The position numbers and the translations under genes were made by a program. From Candidatus Dojkabacteria bacterium (GTDB taxonomy: Bacteria; Patescibacteriota; Dojkabacteria; J137): a DNA stretch of 64,000 nucleotides. The notes beneath the pieces are model-generated. The model saw nothing but the letters and a program-made list of their open reading frames with translations. It did no database searches and was not told where the DNA came from. Location of the stretch: the NCBI GenBank assembly GCA_041750555.1, contig JBGSZB010000036.1:17473-81472 (forward strand), written 5' to 3'. Shown piece after piece: positions 1 through 9,847 of the stretch; position 1 is the stretch's first letter, and each line of letters opens with the position of its first letter.

Positions 1-2
1 AG

Positions 3-800
3 AGTTTAATTAAAAGTGGTGCTCTAGATTCATTTGGAGATAGAAATGAATTATTAACTGTAATGCCTGAGATATTAAGTAGATCATCTAAACTTAGAGA
101 TAATAAAAATATAGATAACTTCTCTCTTTTTGAAGATGATAGTGAAGCTAAAGCAGAACTTACTAAAACTAATTTCCCAAATACTGTAGTTAAATCTACA
201 GAATTTGAAAAAATGAAATGGGAAAAAGAACTTTTAGGACTATATATCTCCCTACACCCAATGGATGGATTTGAATGGCTAACATTATTTAGCGATTACA
301 TTCATTTAGATCAATTAGATAGTGTTAAAGATGGTAAGAATATTAAAACTATAGCTACAATTGTTTCAAACAAGATAACTCAAACTAAAAGGGATAATTT
401 AAAAATGGCTATACTTACCTTAGAAGATAAAAATGGTAAATGTGAAGCTGTAATGTTTCCAAGAGTTTATGATAAGTATAAACACTTTATACTAGATACC
501 TCTCCATTAATAATTAGAGGTGTATTAAATACAAGAGAAGAGAGACGTACCTTTATTATTAATGAGATTGAACATGGTAAAACATTAACTAGACCTAAAA
601 GAGTAAATATTGATATTTCAACTGTAACAGATAAGCTTGAATTAGATGAGTTAAAGAGTTGTTTTGATGATAACGGTGATACTGAAGTTGTTATTAGATA
701 TGGATCAAAGGGTAAATATAAAACATTTAGTAAAAAGATTGACTTAAATGATAATAGCTCTATAGAGTGTTTAAAAAAATGGGTTAAGGTTAGTATTTAA
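3..800 (+). CDS. dnaE: DNA polymerase III alpha subunit, C-terminal part (starts before the window)
   Basis: Frame open from nt 3 (SLIKSGALDSFG); EKELLGLYISLHP motif; OB-fold MAILTLED..EAVMFP. Confidence 0.95.
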   Translation, partial: SLIKSGALDSFGDRNELLTVMPEILSRSSKLRDNKNIDNFSLFEDDSEAKAELTKTNFPNTVVKSTEFEKMKWEKELLGLYISLHPMDGFEWLTLFSDYIHLDQLDSVKDGKNIKTIATIVSNKITQTKRDNLKMAILTLEDKNGKCEAVMFPRVYDKYKHFILDTSPLIIRGVLNTREERRTFIINEIEHGKTLTRPKRVNIDISTVTDKLELDELKSCFDDNGDTEVVIRYGSKGKYKTFSKKIDLNDNSSIECLKKWVKVSI

Positions 801-1753
801 TCAATAAAAATATATCCTTCTCCTTTTTTAGTAAATATTAGTGTTTTATTTATTCCCTCATTTATTAACTTTTTTCTTAATCTTTCAATTGTCTTAGAAA
901 TTGCTTGTAAAGAAAACTTTTCATTAGGTTTACTCCAAATACTTTCTGCTATTTCATCGAAAGTAATTAATTGTTCTTTCTTTAGAATAAAATTTGATAG
1001 TAACTTTTTTTCACTTAAAGTTAGGCTTTTAAGTTGTTTATTGTTAAAGATAATGTTTCCATTTTCAATACTTAATATAGATTTGTTAGGGTATCCAATC
1101 TTAATAAAGTTTTTATCACTTGTTAAGACTGCATCAATTATTTCATGGTTTGTATCTGTTTTACTATGTCTAACAATATTTGAAATTGAAGTATGATCTG
1201 TAAAGAACTTTTGTAATAATTGATTTTCTTCCCAAGAATATGAAGTGATGGATCTAATAATCATTGCAATTATTGCTTCAATAATATCTTTTTCATCAGC
1301 ATCAAATCTAGGATATAGATAAATTAGATTATTATTTATTCTTCTAAATGAACATATGGTTCCACATACCGTTGGGTAGATTTTAATGCTTAAATTACTA
1401 ACCTGAAATATTTTGCTAATTAGTATTAAAGCTTCATTTATTCTATTATGATCAATCCTAAGTGTAGGTAAATCTGTATCAAAAATAGATATAAATTCTG
1501 GTAATTTAATCTCTTCTTTATGGTAGTTATCTAACCAAAAATCTTCATCTATCTCTTTAATCGTATTATTAGTGATTAGATTATTTAAAGTTCTAGGTGG
1601 TATTAAAAGTGTTTTAACTCTTATCTCTTTATTTATTGTAGTGGCAAGATAGAACCCCTTACTCTGATAGAACCCTTTTTTTATATATGAAAGTGTTAAT
1701 AACAGTTTTCTCTTATCATTATTTATGTTTTCAATTATTTCAAAATTTAACAT
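797..1753 (-). CDS. Protein with C-terminal OmpR/PhoB-type winged-helix DNA-binding domain, no receiver domain
   Basis: C-terminal LTLSEKKLL..ITFDEIAESIW..IERLRKKL..KKGEGY. Confidence 0.75.
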   Translation of the reverse strand: MLNFEIIENINNDKRKLLLTLSYIKKGFYQSKGFYLATTINKEIRVKTLLIPPRTLNNLITNNTIKEIDEDFWLDNYHKEEIKLPEFISIFDTDLPTLRIDHNRINEALILISKIFQVSNLSIKIYPTVCGTICSFRRINNNLIYLYPRFDADEKDIIEAIIAMIIRSITSYSWEENQLLQKFFTDHTSISNIVRHSKTDTNHEIIDAVLTSDKNFIKIGYPNKSILSIENGNIIFNNKQLKSLTLSEKKLLSNFILKKEQLITFDEIAESIWSKPNEKFSLQAISKTIERLRKKLINEGINKTLIFTKKGEGYIFID

Positions 1754-1878
1754 AAGCCCTACTAGATAATTAAATAGCTACGTAGGGATTATATATCTGC
1801 AGTTTTAAATTGTCGATTTAATGTCATGATGATTAATGAAACGTAAGTTAATATCAACTATATTTTTTAATAAATTAT

Positions 1879-2487
1879 ATGAAATTACAAAGAATCGATA
1901 ATGTATTGGAAGGGTTGATTCCTCTTATGAGTCCTCAAATACAAATATACTTTCTTACTAATGCATATAAGTCTGGATTTAAACCCTATCTCCAATTAGT
2001 TTTTAAGTATTTTCTTGATCCATCTAAGTTAACACCTGAGGAAAGAGCGAAAATTAAGGTAATTGAAGGTGCAACAACAGATTTAATGAATTTTGTAATA
2101 AAAAATAAAGATACATGGAAGAACTTTTTTCAAATTATTGATCTATCATTATCTGATTTTGATGGTAATCCATATAGATTAGATTCAGAAGTTTTAGAAA
2201 AATTGGAGATATGGGATGTAGCTGAGTACTCGTTTATAAGTATGTTAGATTTAGTTCAACGTTTTTTCTACTTTGAAGACGAAGATCCAAATATACTTAG
2301 AGAATATCCGCTAGATCAAGATATTCTTGATTTTACTATTGAAATACTGAAAAGGTATTGGATTAATAATAAAGCGACAGAGTCTTCATTAATTTATATT
2401 TGGTTATTAAAAAGAATCGGTTTATCAAAAATGAATGAATTATTAGCAAGTAGTTCAGATAAATCTGGAACTCCATTAGAATGTTAA
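1879..2487 (+). CDS. Hypothetical helical orphan protein
   Basis: 202 aa ORF, no recognised motif. Confidence 0.65.
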   Translation: MKLQRIDNVLEGLIPLMSPQIQIYFLTNAYKSGFKPYLQLVFKYFLDPSKLTPEERAKIKVIEGATTDLMNFVIKNKDTWKNFFQIIDLSLSDFDGNPYRLDSEVLEKLEIWDVAEYSFISMLDLVQRFFYFEDEDPNILREYPLDQDILDFTIEILKRYWINNKATESSLIYIWLLKRIGLSKMNELLASSSDKSGTPLEC

Positions 2488-2573
2488 TAAATGATTTGTA
2501 TACTATTGTTTTTAATAATGGTTGATATGAATAAGTAATAATGGAATAATAGTATGTTTAAATTTTTTAAAAT

Positions 2574-3518
2574 ATGAATAGTACATTAAGTAATAATCAA
2601 TTAATGCAACCACCACAAAATACACCTATGAATAATTCACTACCACCATTACCCCCAATAAATGAAGTTGTTAATCCAACTCCTGTGCCATTACCAACAG
2701 TAACAAATGTCGTAGAAAATCTAGAGCCTACGATTGCAAGGGTAGAGTTAAATGATAAAGTTAATGATAAACCATTAGAAGTTGAAAAGAAAAAGGTTAA
2801 TTCAAAGAATGCTAATACTATTATAATTGTGTTAGGAGTTATATTTGTAATAGTATTAATAATACTATCATTTCTATTAGGTAGATTATCAGCCCCAGTA
2901 ATAACTAAAACTATAGATAATACAGATAATCAAGATGAAGAAGTTGTAAGTGTATTTGATTCATCATTATGGTTAGCTAGAGCACAAAACGGTAGTGGTT
3001 CATATGAAGTAACTGATAATGCTTTAACTATGTCTCTTAAAACTAGTCTTTTAGAATCTGGAACAGCATTTGCAAGGTATGATTTAAAAGAAGAATTACC
3101 TACTAACTTTGATGTTTCAGTTACAATGAGTGACTATGTATTAGATAGCGCTGTTAGTTCATCACTAAATAGGTTAGTATTTGGATTTGATGCTAATGAT
3201 ACTAATTTTTTTAATATTAGGCTTGTAACAGATGCTAGTGGATCATATTTAGATAGTAGGTATGTATCAGATAGTGTTAATGAAACTAGTGAAAAAGTTG
3301 TAATAACAGGAACTCCAGAAATTACATTTAGTGCTAAAAAAACTAGCAATAGTGTTACACTAAGTTATTCTCTAGATGGAGCAACTGCAATAGTTATTAG
3401 AGATATAGAGAACTTTATTGATCTTTCATTAACACCTTCTCTTCAATTATATGCAAATGTTAACAATACAATAGCTGAAGAAATTGAGGCTAAGTATAGT
3501 GCTTGGAGTGTAGAATAG
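2574..3518 (+). CDS. Single-pass membrane protein with Pro-rich N-terminus and extracellular beta-sandwich (lectin-like) domain
   Basis: PPLPP/PTPVP N-terminus, one TM (IIIVLGVIFVIVLIILSFLLG), beta-rich C-terminus. Confidence 0.7.
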   Translation: MNSTLSNNQLMQPPQNTPMNNSLPPLPPINEVVNPTPVPLPTVTNVVENLEPTIARVELNDKVNDKPLEVEKKKVNSKNANTIIIVLGVIFVIVLIILSFLLGRLSAPVITKTIDNTDNQDEEVVSVFDSSLWLARAQNGSGSYEVTDNALTMSLKTSLLESGTAFARYDLKEELPTNFDVSVTMSDYVLDSAVSSSLNRLVFGFDANDTNFFNIRLVTDASGSYLDSRYVSDSVNETSEKVVITGTPEITFSAKKTSNSVTLSYSLDGATAIVIRDIENFIDLSLTPSLQLYANVNNTIAEEIEAKYSAWSVE

Positions 3519-3523
3519 ATATT

Positions 3524-3532
3524 TGATATAAT
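3524..3532 (+). promoter_or_regulatory. Extended -10 promoter (TGaTATAAT) for the metG leader; start site predicted at or next to the leader ATG (leaderless)
   Basis: TGATATAAT ends 6 nt before ATG at 3539. Confidence 0.7.
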
Positions 3533-3538
3533 TACAGA

Positions 3539-3592
3539 ATGGAAAAGAATAAATTAACTAACAAATTTTTTATGATGTTTAACTATAAATAA
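3539..3592 (+). CDS. metG leader peptide MEKNKLTNKFFMMFNYK (17 aa)
   Basis: Read directly; tandem ATG ATG at 3572-3577; stop codon overlaps the antiterminator arm. Confidence 0.8.
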   Translation: MEKNKLTNKFFMMFNYK

Positions 3593-3638
3593 AGGGGTTT
3601 AATTTTGTATATCTAAAACCCCTTTAAGGGGTTTTTTT
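3591..3638 (+). terminator. Attenuator: antiterminator (3591-3600 with 3616-3625) versus intrinsic terminator (3615-3638)
   Basis: AAAGGGGTTT is the perfect complement of AAACCCCTTT; terminator AAAACCCCT-TTA-AGGGGTTTTTTT. Confidence 0.85.
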
Positions 3639-3742
3639 ATTGCTTTTTATATTTTATTTTAAAATTATCTTTATACTTTAAAGATTAAATATATTAAAGA
3701 GTAATATGTATTTTATTTAATTATTAAGTTATTATTAAAGAC

Positions 3743-5197
3743 ATGAACACATTCTATATTACAACACCAATATTTTATCCTACAGGAACACCACATATTG
3801 GCACGGCTTATACCGTTTTTATAGCTGATACATTAGCTAAATATTATGCTCAAAAATTAGGATCTGATAATGTTTTGTTTTTAACAGGAACTGATGAACA
3901 TGGAGGTAATATTGCTAAAAAAGCTAGTGAATTAGGAGTTACTCCAATTGAATATGTAAATGATTATGCAGAGCGTTACAAAAGGATATGGAGTGGTTTA
4001 AATATATCAAATTCATATTTTATTAGAACAACTAATCCTGAACATGAAGAATTTGCAAAAGAATTAATTCAAAAGTCTTTTGATAATGGAGATATATATG
4101 AAGGAACGTATGAGGGGTGGTATTGTGAGAGTTGTGAGAGTTACTATTCTGAAGAAGATTTAATTGATGGTAAATGTCCTAATCATCCAACTAAGTTACC
4201 AATATTTACTAAAGAAAAAAACTATTACTTTAAGTTATCAAAGTATTCTGATTGGTTATTAAATTACATTGAAGAAAATCCCGAATTTATTACTCCAATT
4301 AAATGGAGAGAATATGTTAAATCATTAATTAGGGAGAGATTAAAAGATATTCCAGTAACTAGAGCTAATGTTTCTTGGGGAATAGAAGTCCCATTTGATA
4401 AATCTCAAACAATATATGTTTGGTATGATGCACTACCTAACTATTTATCATATTTAAACTTTAAGGATAGTTTAGAAAAAGATTATTATAATAGATTCTG
4501 GGGTAACAGTGTACATGTAGTGGGTAAAGATATTATTAAATTTCATGCAATACTTTGGCCTGCAATGTTAAAGTCTGCAGGTTATCCAATATTTAAAAAA
4601 CTTTTAGTACATGGTTTCTTTACTGTTAATGGTTTAAAGATTGGTAAGAGTAATAACAATGCAATAGATCCCCTAGAGTTAGGTGAAAAATATACTAATG
4701 ATGCAGTTAGATATGCACTTTTATCTGAATTCCAAATAGGTAATGATGGAGATTTTAGTATTGAAAGATTAGAGTCTAAATACAATGGTGAATTAGGTAA
4801 TAACTTTGGTAATTTATTAAATAGAGTTATACATTTAGCTAATCTTAAAGATGTAAATCTTCATGAAGATATTGAGATTGATAAGGATGTAAGTACATAT
4901 ATATCTACTATTGAAAATGAATATATTAACAATATTGAAAGTTTTAAAATATTTGAAGCTATACAAAATGTATCTGAATTATGTAGTTTTGGTAATAAAT
5001 ATGTAAATGATAAAAAGCCTTGGGAAATAACAGATACTAATGAATTAAAAAGTGTATTAATAACTCTAAGAGTATTGCTAGAAAAAGTAATAGAGCTTTA
5101 TTCTCCAATAATACCTGATAGTAGTTTAAAAGCATCTAATGCACTAAAAAATCAAGAAAAGATTATTCTATTCCCTAAATTAGAATTAAAGAGTTAG
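3743..5197 (+). CDS. metG: Methionyl-tRNA synthetase (short form)
   Basis: YITTPIFY, HIGT, GTDEHG, CESCE knuckle, YVWYDAL, KIGKS. Confidence 0.97.
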   Translation: MNTFYITTPIFYPTGTPHIGTAYTVFIADTLAKYYAQKLGSDNVLFLTGTDEHGGNIAKKASELGVTPIEYVNDYAERYKRIWSGLNISNSYFIRTTNPEHEEFAKELIQKSFDNGDIYEGTYEGWYCESCESYYSEEDLIDGKCPNHPTKLPIFTKEKNYYFKLSKYSDWLLNYIEENPEFITPIKWREYVKSLIRERLKDIPVTRANVSWGIEVPFDKSQTIYVWYDALPNYLSYLNFKDSLEKDYYNRFWGNSVHVVGKDIIKFHAILWPAMLKSAGYPIFKKLLVHGFFTVNGLKIGKSNNNAIDPLELGEKYTNDAVRYALLSEFQIGNDGDFSIERLESKYNGELGNNFGNLLNRVIHLANLKDVNLHEDIEIDKDVSTYISTIENEYINNIESFKIFEAIQNVSELCSFGNKYVNDKKPWEITDTNELKSVLITLRVLLEKVIELYSPIIPDSSLKASNALKNQEKIILFPKLELKS

Positions 5198-7017
5198 TTA
5201 TTTGAAGTATTAAGGGTTAATAGGTCATTTAAACTTACAGAGCTATTTAAATATTGCTCATAAGTTACAAATTTAACAGCTCCTAAATCTCTATCTGCTC
5301 TATAGTTATTAACTGAGTTTAGTAGTTCTTTAATAGAATCAATTTCTAAATCTAACCAATCAATATGTGATGAATATGATATTAATCTATCATACCCAAG
5401 AATTGTATTTAAAGGATATTGTTGTTCAAATATCTCAATTAATTTAGTAGCTTCTTGTGTATATCCATCTAAACCGTTATTAGGAATTTCAATAATATTA
5501 AGATATGTATTGTTAAATTCTTCCCTAACTATATTACTAAACTCATTAAAGTTATCTGTAGATATACCATTAGATATATTTTCTTTTAAAGGAATATAGC
5601 TTTGAACTTGGGTATCTAACTCCCAAGATTGTAAAACATCATTTTTACCTAATTTAACGCTTTCTCGGGCTGATGAATCATATACAAATCCTGATTCTAC
5701 TAAAGCTTGTAGTATATCGCTATTCATAAACCAACCACCACTTCTAAAGCCTTTAATACTATCTATTTCATAATCACTATACTTTTTAAATTGAGTTTTT
5801 AATTTATCAATAGACCAGTTTAAAAGAGTTTTAATCTCATCTTTTGAGTAGTTAGTAATTAATGTATCATAACCATTTTCTCCATTATCCCAAGTTTCCC
5901 CTTCATATTTTGCATTAATTCCAACCTCTTCAATTAAATCATGTTGCATATGTAAGTGTAGTGCTAAATCATCTCCTTTAGTTAATCTATCACTTACCCA
6001 ATCAGTTATTTCTTCTCTTTTAACTTCATTAGTTTTAATATATATGTATATTCTTGGATTAAAAAAGTGAGTTACATTAATACCATATTCACTTAAAGTA
6101 TTTTCTAAAATTTGAAATTGATTATTACTAGGTATTATTCCTTCATAATCAATACTCCAAGAGATATATAGTGGGTGGGTGTATATAAATGTTGAGGTAT
6201 TGGATTTGTATATTTGATTATTGTTTCTAACTATTAAGTAAACCTCATTAACACCATTTATTAATTTAGAGTTATCTAAAACAATATTGTTATTAAGTAA
6301 CTTAACTTTAGAATAGTCAGTAATATTATTGTTGTATATAGCCCATATATCACTATTGTTTAAATCAATAGTACTATTAACTCTTAAATTAATATCATTT
6401 AATGTTTTCTCATTTAAATTCCATAGTTTCTCACTAAATATATTAATTAGTGTTTGCTCTTCATAAGACAAATTAGAAAAAGATATTTCGCTTATTTCTT
6501 CTCTACTTAAGTTATCTCTATTAATTAAATATTCATTAATATTTGAAGTTCTATCTCCATAGTAAATATAGTAATTAGTAAAGTTATTATTTTTATTAAA
6601 TTTAATTATTGTATCAATATTATCCCGATTAAATATTTCATAACTTAAATATTGATAATTACTATTACTTAAGTTATACCCTATAATATTTATATCTAAT
6701 GCACTATCTAAACTCTTTTTATCTAAAACTAATTCAGCATGGTTTAATTTAAAATATACTTCACTATTACTACTTAATATCTCTCGTCTAAAGGGGGAAG
6801 AGTCACTTATCCAACTTAAACTATTATCATTTACTGATAAATTATCGGGAACTTGTGGTAATTGAGAATTAAGATATGAGAATATTAAATTAATTATTAA
6901 AAGTGTTAGAAATATTAATATTGAAATTAATATATATCTATTTCTCTTAACTACTAAGATCTTTTTAAGATTGTACTTTATTTTAAATTTTAAGTTATGC
7001 ATTAAATTTATAAGCAT
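5194..7017 (-). CDS. Membrane-anchored polysaccharide deacetylase-like (NodB-fold) protein
   Basis: N-terminal TM; SIDYEG, THFFNP, LALHLH, FRSGGW, GFVYDSS. Confidence 0.7.
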   Translation of the reverse strand: MLINLMHNLKFKIKYNLKKILVVKRNRYILISILIFLTLLIINLIFSYLNSQLPQVPDNLSVNDNSLSWISDSSPFRREILSSNSEVYFKLNHAELVLDKKSLDSALDINIIGYNLSNSNYQYLSYEIFNRDNIDTIIKFNKNNNFTNYYIYYGDRTSNINEYLINRDNLSREEISEISFSNLSYEEQTLINIFSEKLWNLNEKTLNDINLRVNSTIDLNNSDIWAIYNNNITDYSKVKLLNNNIVLDNSKLINGVNEVYLIVRNNNQIYKSNTSTFIYTHPLYISWSIDYEGIIPSNNQFQILENTLSEYGINVTHFFNPRIYIYIKTNEVKREEITDWVSDRLTKGDDLALHLHMQHDLIEEVGINAKYEGETWDNGENGYDTLITNYSKDEIKTLLNWSIDKLKTQFKKYSDYEIDSIKGFRSGGWFMNSDILQALVESGFVYDSSARESVKLGKNDVLQSWELDTQVQSYIPLKENISNGISTDNFNEFSNIVREEFNNTYLNIIEIPNNGLDGYTQEATKLIEIFEQQYPLNTILGYDRLISYSSHIDWLDLEIDSIKELLNSVNNYRADRDLGAVKFVTYEQYLNSSVSLNDLLTLNTSNN

Positions 7018-7154
7018 TTACTTTAGTATATGTTATTTAATTAATAAACTCTTAAGATTTTTTAGAAACATATATATTCCTGATTATATATATTTTTAGA
7101 ATATTTAATAATTCTGTAGTAATATTATTACACATAATTTATTACTTTTTTAAA

Positions 7155-8582
7155 ATGTTAAAGGTATACAATAGTTTAACTAAAACATTGGAAGAGTTTA
7201 ATCCAATGGTTGAAGGTAAGGTTAGCATGTATACTTGTGGTCCGACTGTATATAGTTATCCAACTATTGGGAATTGGAGAACATATATCTTCTCAGATGT
7301 TGTTAATAGAAGTTTAAGATACTTAGGGTATGATGTTTCATTTGTAATGAATTTAACTGATGTAGGGCATCTAACAGGGGATAATTTAGGTGATTCATCA
7401 AGTGGTGAGGATAGGTTAGAGAAGGCAGCTAAAAGAGAGAAAAAAAGCGCATGGGATATTGCTAAATTTTATTCTGATGATTTTGTTAATGGAGTAAATA
7501 GATTAAATATTTTAAATCCAATAATCTTTTGTAAGGCTACTGAACATATTCAAGAACAAATTGATTTAGTTAAAAAAATTGAGGAGAGAGGTTTTACATA
7601 CTCCACAACTGATGGAATATATTTTGATGTTAAAAAATATGAATCTAATGGAAACACTTATGGTGAATTATCTAACCTAGATCAAATTTTAGAAGGAGCT
7701 AGAGTTGAGATTAACCCAGAAAAAAAAGACCCAAGAGATTTTGCTTTATGGAAGTTTAGTCCTAGAGATTCTAAAAGAGATATGGAATGGGATTCTCCAT
7801 GGGGAATGGGTTTCCCAGGATGGCATATTGAATGTAGTGCTATGGGCATGAAGTATTTAGGAGAACAGATAGATTTGCATTTAGGAGGAGAGGATTTAAG
7901 ATCAACTCATCATCCTAATGAGATAGCTCAAAGTGAAGCTGCAACAGATAAGAAACCCTTTGTTAAGTATTGGATGCATGGAGCATTTCTTCAAGTTGAT
8001 GGTGGTAGAATGGGTAAAAGTTTAGGTAATGCATATACCTTATCAGATATTGATGAAAAAGGAATTAATCTAATAGCGCTAAGATATTTCTATTTCTCAT
8101 CTCACTACAGATCTAAACTTAATTTTACATGGGATGCACTAAAATCTAGTGAAACTACACTAAATAAACTAATTAATACTGTTAAAAGGTTATCTAGTGA
8201 AGTTGAGACTTTGCATAATATTGATTTAAATATTAATTTAGATTATCAAACTAAGTTTATACAGTATTTAGAGAATGACTTTGATATGCCAAAGGTATTA
8301 AGTTTAATGTGGGAGTTAATTAAAAGTGATTTATCATCTTCAACTAAATTAGCTACGTTATTAGATTTTGATCGTGTATTAGGTTTTAATTTAACTAATG
8401 TTTTAGATCAACCTAGTAGTATTGATATAAGTGATGAAGTTAAAACTCTTTTACTTGAAAGAGATGTAGCTAGAAAGAAAAAAGATTTTAATGAATCAGA
8501 TAGAATTAGAGATATATTATTTAATGAGTATCATATTAAAGTATATGATACTGATAAAGGACAAGAGATAGAGGAGGTTTAA
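7155..8582 (+). CDS. cysS: Cysteinyl-tRNA synthetase
   Basis: YTCGPTVY, DFALWK, PGWHIECSAM, RMGKS. Confidence 0.97.
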   Translation: MLKVYNSLTKTLEEFNPMVEGKVSMYTCGPTVYSYPTIGNWRTYIFSDVVNRSLRYLGYDVSFVMNLTDVGHLTGDNLGDSSSGEDRLEKAAKREKKSAWDIAKFYSDDFVNGVNRLNILNPIIFCKATEHIQEQIDLVKKIEERGFTYSTTDGIYFDVKKYESNGNTYGELSNLDQILEGARVEINPEKKDPRDFALWKFSPRDSKRDMEWDSPWGMGFPGWHIECSAMGMKYLGEQIDLHLGGEDLRSTHHPNEIAQSEAATDKKPFVKYWMHGAFLQVDGGRMGKSLGNAYTLSDIDEKGINLIALRYFYFSSHYRSKLNFTWDALKSSETTLNKLINTVKRLSSEVETLHNIDLNINLDYQTKFIQYLENDFDMPKVLSLMWELIKSDLSSSTKLATLLDFDRVLGFNLTNVLDQPSSIDISDEVKTLLLERDVARKKKDFNESDRIRDILFNEYHIKVYDTDKGQEIEEV

Positions 8583-8971
8583 GCCTCTATTGAGAATAGT
8601 CTATTTTTTACATCAGCTACATTTTTTAAAGTACTATCTGCATCTATAGTAATTTGATCTAATTCAATCTCTATTAATTCTTTAAAACTTGTACCAAAGA
8701 ATTCAATTATGCATGTAACTACATGTATAAGTCTAGGATCTCTTTGAAAAGTTTTTAAAAAAATACGTAGTAATTTTAAAAAGTTATCATCCAATTCAAA
8801 GTCTATAATATCTTCATATTCAAAAAGTTCACTTACAACCTCTAATCTTGAATTAATACCCTCTTTAAATGCTTCTAACGAATTGAATACTTGCCAATTT
8901 CTTAATAGAATAAGATCATATTCAAGGTTTTTATATGTTGTGAATAGAAACTCTCTATCATGTATTGCCAT
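8579..8971 (-). CDS. Small helical orphan, tandem paralog 4
   Basis: Shares DL..L and F..D.RL..VV..I pattern with neighbours. Confidence 0.7.
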   Translation of the reverse strand: MAIHDREFLFTTYKNLEYDLILLRNWQVFNSLEAFKEGINSRLEVVSELFEYEDIIDFELDDNFLKLLRIFLKTFQRDPRLIHVVTCIIEFFGTSFKELIEIELDQITIDADSTLKNVADVKNRLFSIEA

Positions 8972-8991
8972 TTAAATATATAAACTCAGAT

Positions 8992-9363
8992 TTAAGCTTC
9001 TGTAGGGTAATATATTGATATAAGACTTCGTGCTCTAACTGCAGTTTCTCTTGAATTTTTTTCTATTTCTTGTAAATTTTCTCTAATAAAAGGTTTTACA
9101 TCTGCAGGACATAAAGCGTTTAAAACATAAACTACTTGAGTTAATTTTTCATCTGATCCAAATATCTCAAAAAAAAGAGATATGTATTTTAGATAAAATA
9201 TAAAGGCTTCTTCACTTTCTATTTTAATTCCTCTGCCTAAATACTGAACTTTATTAACAATACGTGCAGTAAATTCTTTACTATCTTCTAAAGTTCTAAG
9301 TATAATTAAATCATCACGAAGCTCGGCATGCGATTGATCAAAGTGATTAATTAATTTTGGCAT
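8992..9363 (-). CDS. Small helical orphan, tandem paralog 3
   Basis: DDLIILR..FGSDEKLTQVVYVL. Confidence 0.7.
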   Translation of the reverse strand: MPKLINHFDQSHAELRDDLIILRTLEDSKEFTARIVNKVQYLGRGIKIESEEAFIFYLKYISLFFEIFGSDEKLTQVVYVLNALCPADVKPFIRENLQEIEKNSRETAVRARSLISIYYPTEA

Positions 9364-9403
9364 TCAATTTAAAATAATAAATATAAAGATATGATAATAC
9401 TAG

Positions 9404-9817
9404 TTAGCTTAATATATCAAGTATATAACTTATTATTAATAACCCTTCGTCACTTAATGGTTCAGATATTACTCCTATTAACTCTCTTAACCTAGATAAA
9501 TCATCACTGTTCGAAGTATTATTTTTAAAAATATTTATAGCCTCAATATTTTCTGGAGTTGATAGAGTAGTCTTAATGAATTCTAGAATTTCTTTAAAAT
9601 TATCATCAGCTTTAAAAGCTTTAATAATGAATATAACGTATAGAAGCTTTGTATAGACATCCTCTGTTGCAAGCAAGGTTTCAAACCCTTCTTTTATTCC
9701 TGCAAGCGATCTGTTTTGATACAATTTAATATCTGTTACTTTTACTTTCATATCAAGTTCCATAGAATCATCATTCATATTCATTCCTCTTCCTAATGGT
9801 TTATTTGGATCACCCAT
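9404..9817 (-). CDS. Small helical orphan, probable divergent paralog 2
   Basis: FKADDNFKEILEFI resembles the family motif weakly. Confidence 0.6.
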   Translation of the reverse strand: MGDPNKPLGRGMNMNDDSMELDMKVKVTDIKLYQNRSLAGIKEGFETLLATEDVYTKLLYVIFIIKAFKADDNFKEILEFIKTTLSTPENIEAINIFKNNTSNSDDLSRLRELIGVISEPLSDEGLLIISYILDILS

Positions 9818-9847
9818 ATATTTAAATTAAAAGATTAAATAATATAC

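Noticed and set aside
1755-1790. CCCTAC...GTAGGG inverted repeat next to the winged-helix gene start
   Set aside because: Short single occurrence with a long loop; not enough support for a function
3519-3742. T-box or SAM riboswitch upstream of metG
   Set aside because: No TGGNACC T-box or SAM-I consensus seen; the leader ORF and alternative hairpins explain the region
7018-7154. Cys leader attenuator upstream of cysS
   Set aside because: Looked for by analogy with metG; no Cys-containing uORF or GC-rich terminator found
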